From contig OZ251248.1 in NCBI GenBank assembly GCA_965240325.2, forward strand, positions 124,001 to 188,000: DNA of 64,000 nucleotides, read 5' to 3'. A program made the translations under genes and the position numbers. The first letter of the stretch is position 1, and each line of letters begins with the position of its first letter. The DNA comes from Rebecca billardiae RCC1528. Lineage: Eukaryota > Protista > Haptophyta. This document shows, piece by piece, positions 62,925 through 64,000 of this stretch. The notes beneath the pieces were generated by a model. That model was not told the DNA's origin, searched no databases, and was given only the letters and a program-made list of their open reading frames with translations.

Positions 62925-64000
62925 CTCAGGGGGGGAGTCCAGCCGGAGCTCCACCGCCACCTCGCCGTCTGCGAGCCACGCGGCGAGCTGCGCGGCGGAG
63001 CGGCTGGTCGGCGGCTCCAGCCTCGCCCCGCTGCGCAGCGACCACGCCCGCCACGCGCCGCTCACCGCGCGCCGGCCCTCCCCGAGCGCGTCCAGCTGCA
63101 GACTCAGCGCCGCGCCGCCGCCTCCGGCCGAGCCGGCGGCCTGCGGCGAACCAAACGGGAGAGGCGGGCCAAAGGGCCCGCGGTGGGCGCCGCCGCTGAG
63201 GTCGAGGCCCGCGCTCGCGGCCCTGCCCAGCTCGAACCGCGCCGCGGCCTCCTCCTCGCCGTCCACCAGCGCGCGAGCCGCGCCGCCACTGCCGCCGCCA
63301 TCGGCGGACAGCTGCTGCGCCAGCCCACCCGCGCCGCCGCCCGCTGCCGCCGTCCACGGCGGCGGCGCGAGGACGACGCTCGGGTCGAGCAGCGCCGCGG
63401 CGCCGGCGTGGCACAGCACGAGGCGGCGGAGGCGCAGCGTGCGTGGCGCGGGCTGCACCTGCCCCGGCGCGCGGAACACGCGCTCGAAGTAGTGCGTGTA
63501 ACGAATCTGGCCTGCGCCGCGGCACGCGTCGCCGTCGCTCACGCGCGCCGCGCGAAAGAAGTGCAGCGCCGCGCTCGCGTCGGCGCACGCCGGGTGGCGG
63601 AGCGCGATGAGCAGGCTCGCGATCATCACGCCGGTGCGCCCCTTCCCCGCCTTGCAGTGCACGGCGATCACGTTGCGCTCGTCCGCCGCCAGCCACGCGC
63701 GCGCGTCAGCCACGAACAGCAGCAGAGCGTTCAGGGTCGGCGGGTGGTGGTCCGGGAAGGGGATGCGGATGGCTGAATGGAAGTGCGCCGGGTCGTAGTC
63801 GCGCTCGTCGCAGAGGTTGTACACGCGGTGGCACCCAGGGTGCTTCGCGTGCATGAACCGCGCCACGTCGAGGATCGAGTTCCTGTAAGCCGCCTCAATG
63901 TTGGTCGCTGGGAGGCCCATCGCAATGATGGTCGGCGTGATGTAGGTGAGGTCGAGGTCGAAGCCGTCGCCCTCGTAGCGGTACTTTGAGCCGGAGACGA
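62382..64000 (-). CDS. PTEN: PTEN-like phosphatase (5' end outside the window)
   Basis: FDLDLTYIT, IIAMGLPA, YRN, VYNLC, FPDHHPP, HCKAGKGRTG, C-terminal DLDD...PDFELRVY. Confidence 0.9.

Overview
Eukaryotic, very GC-rich, gene-dense nuclear DNA with short GC-rich spliceosomal introns. A signal-peptide-plus-'AF' targeting sequence on a thylakoid cyclophilin, TTAGGG-type repeats and a probable GC-AG intron suggest an alga with a secondary plastid, probably a haptophyte (inference). I can support about 21 protein genes, many in tight head-to-head pairs: bZIP, CYP38, profilin, DUF1971 cupin, a membrane protein, bL20m, a RAP protein, a kinase-EF-hand-4xcNMP protein, GT77, a MUT9-like CK1, a TM-SHOCT-RING protein, BMT5-like, RlmN-like, TBC, F-box/Kelch, DENND6, POLE3-like, GT29, RNF121-like, a sulfotransferase and a partial PTEN. 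There is also one frameshifted pseudogene, four non-autonomous TIR elements (three CMC-like, one hAT-like and nested) and long (TA)n tracts. The most striking pattern is telomere-like arrays found almost only in transcribed DNA: mostly G-strand next to 5' splice sites and C-strand next to 3' splice sites, and once in frame inside an exon. Small tandem duplications also appear to be a major mutation type. All exon boundaries were read by eye and are unconfirmed.
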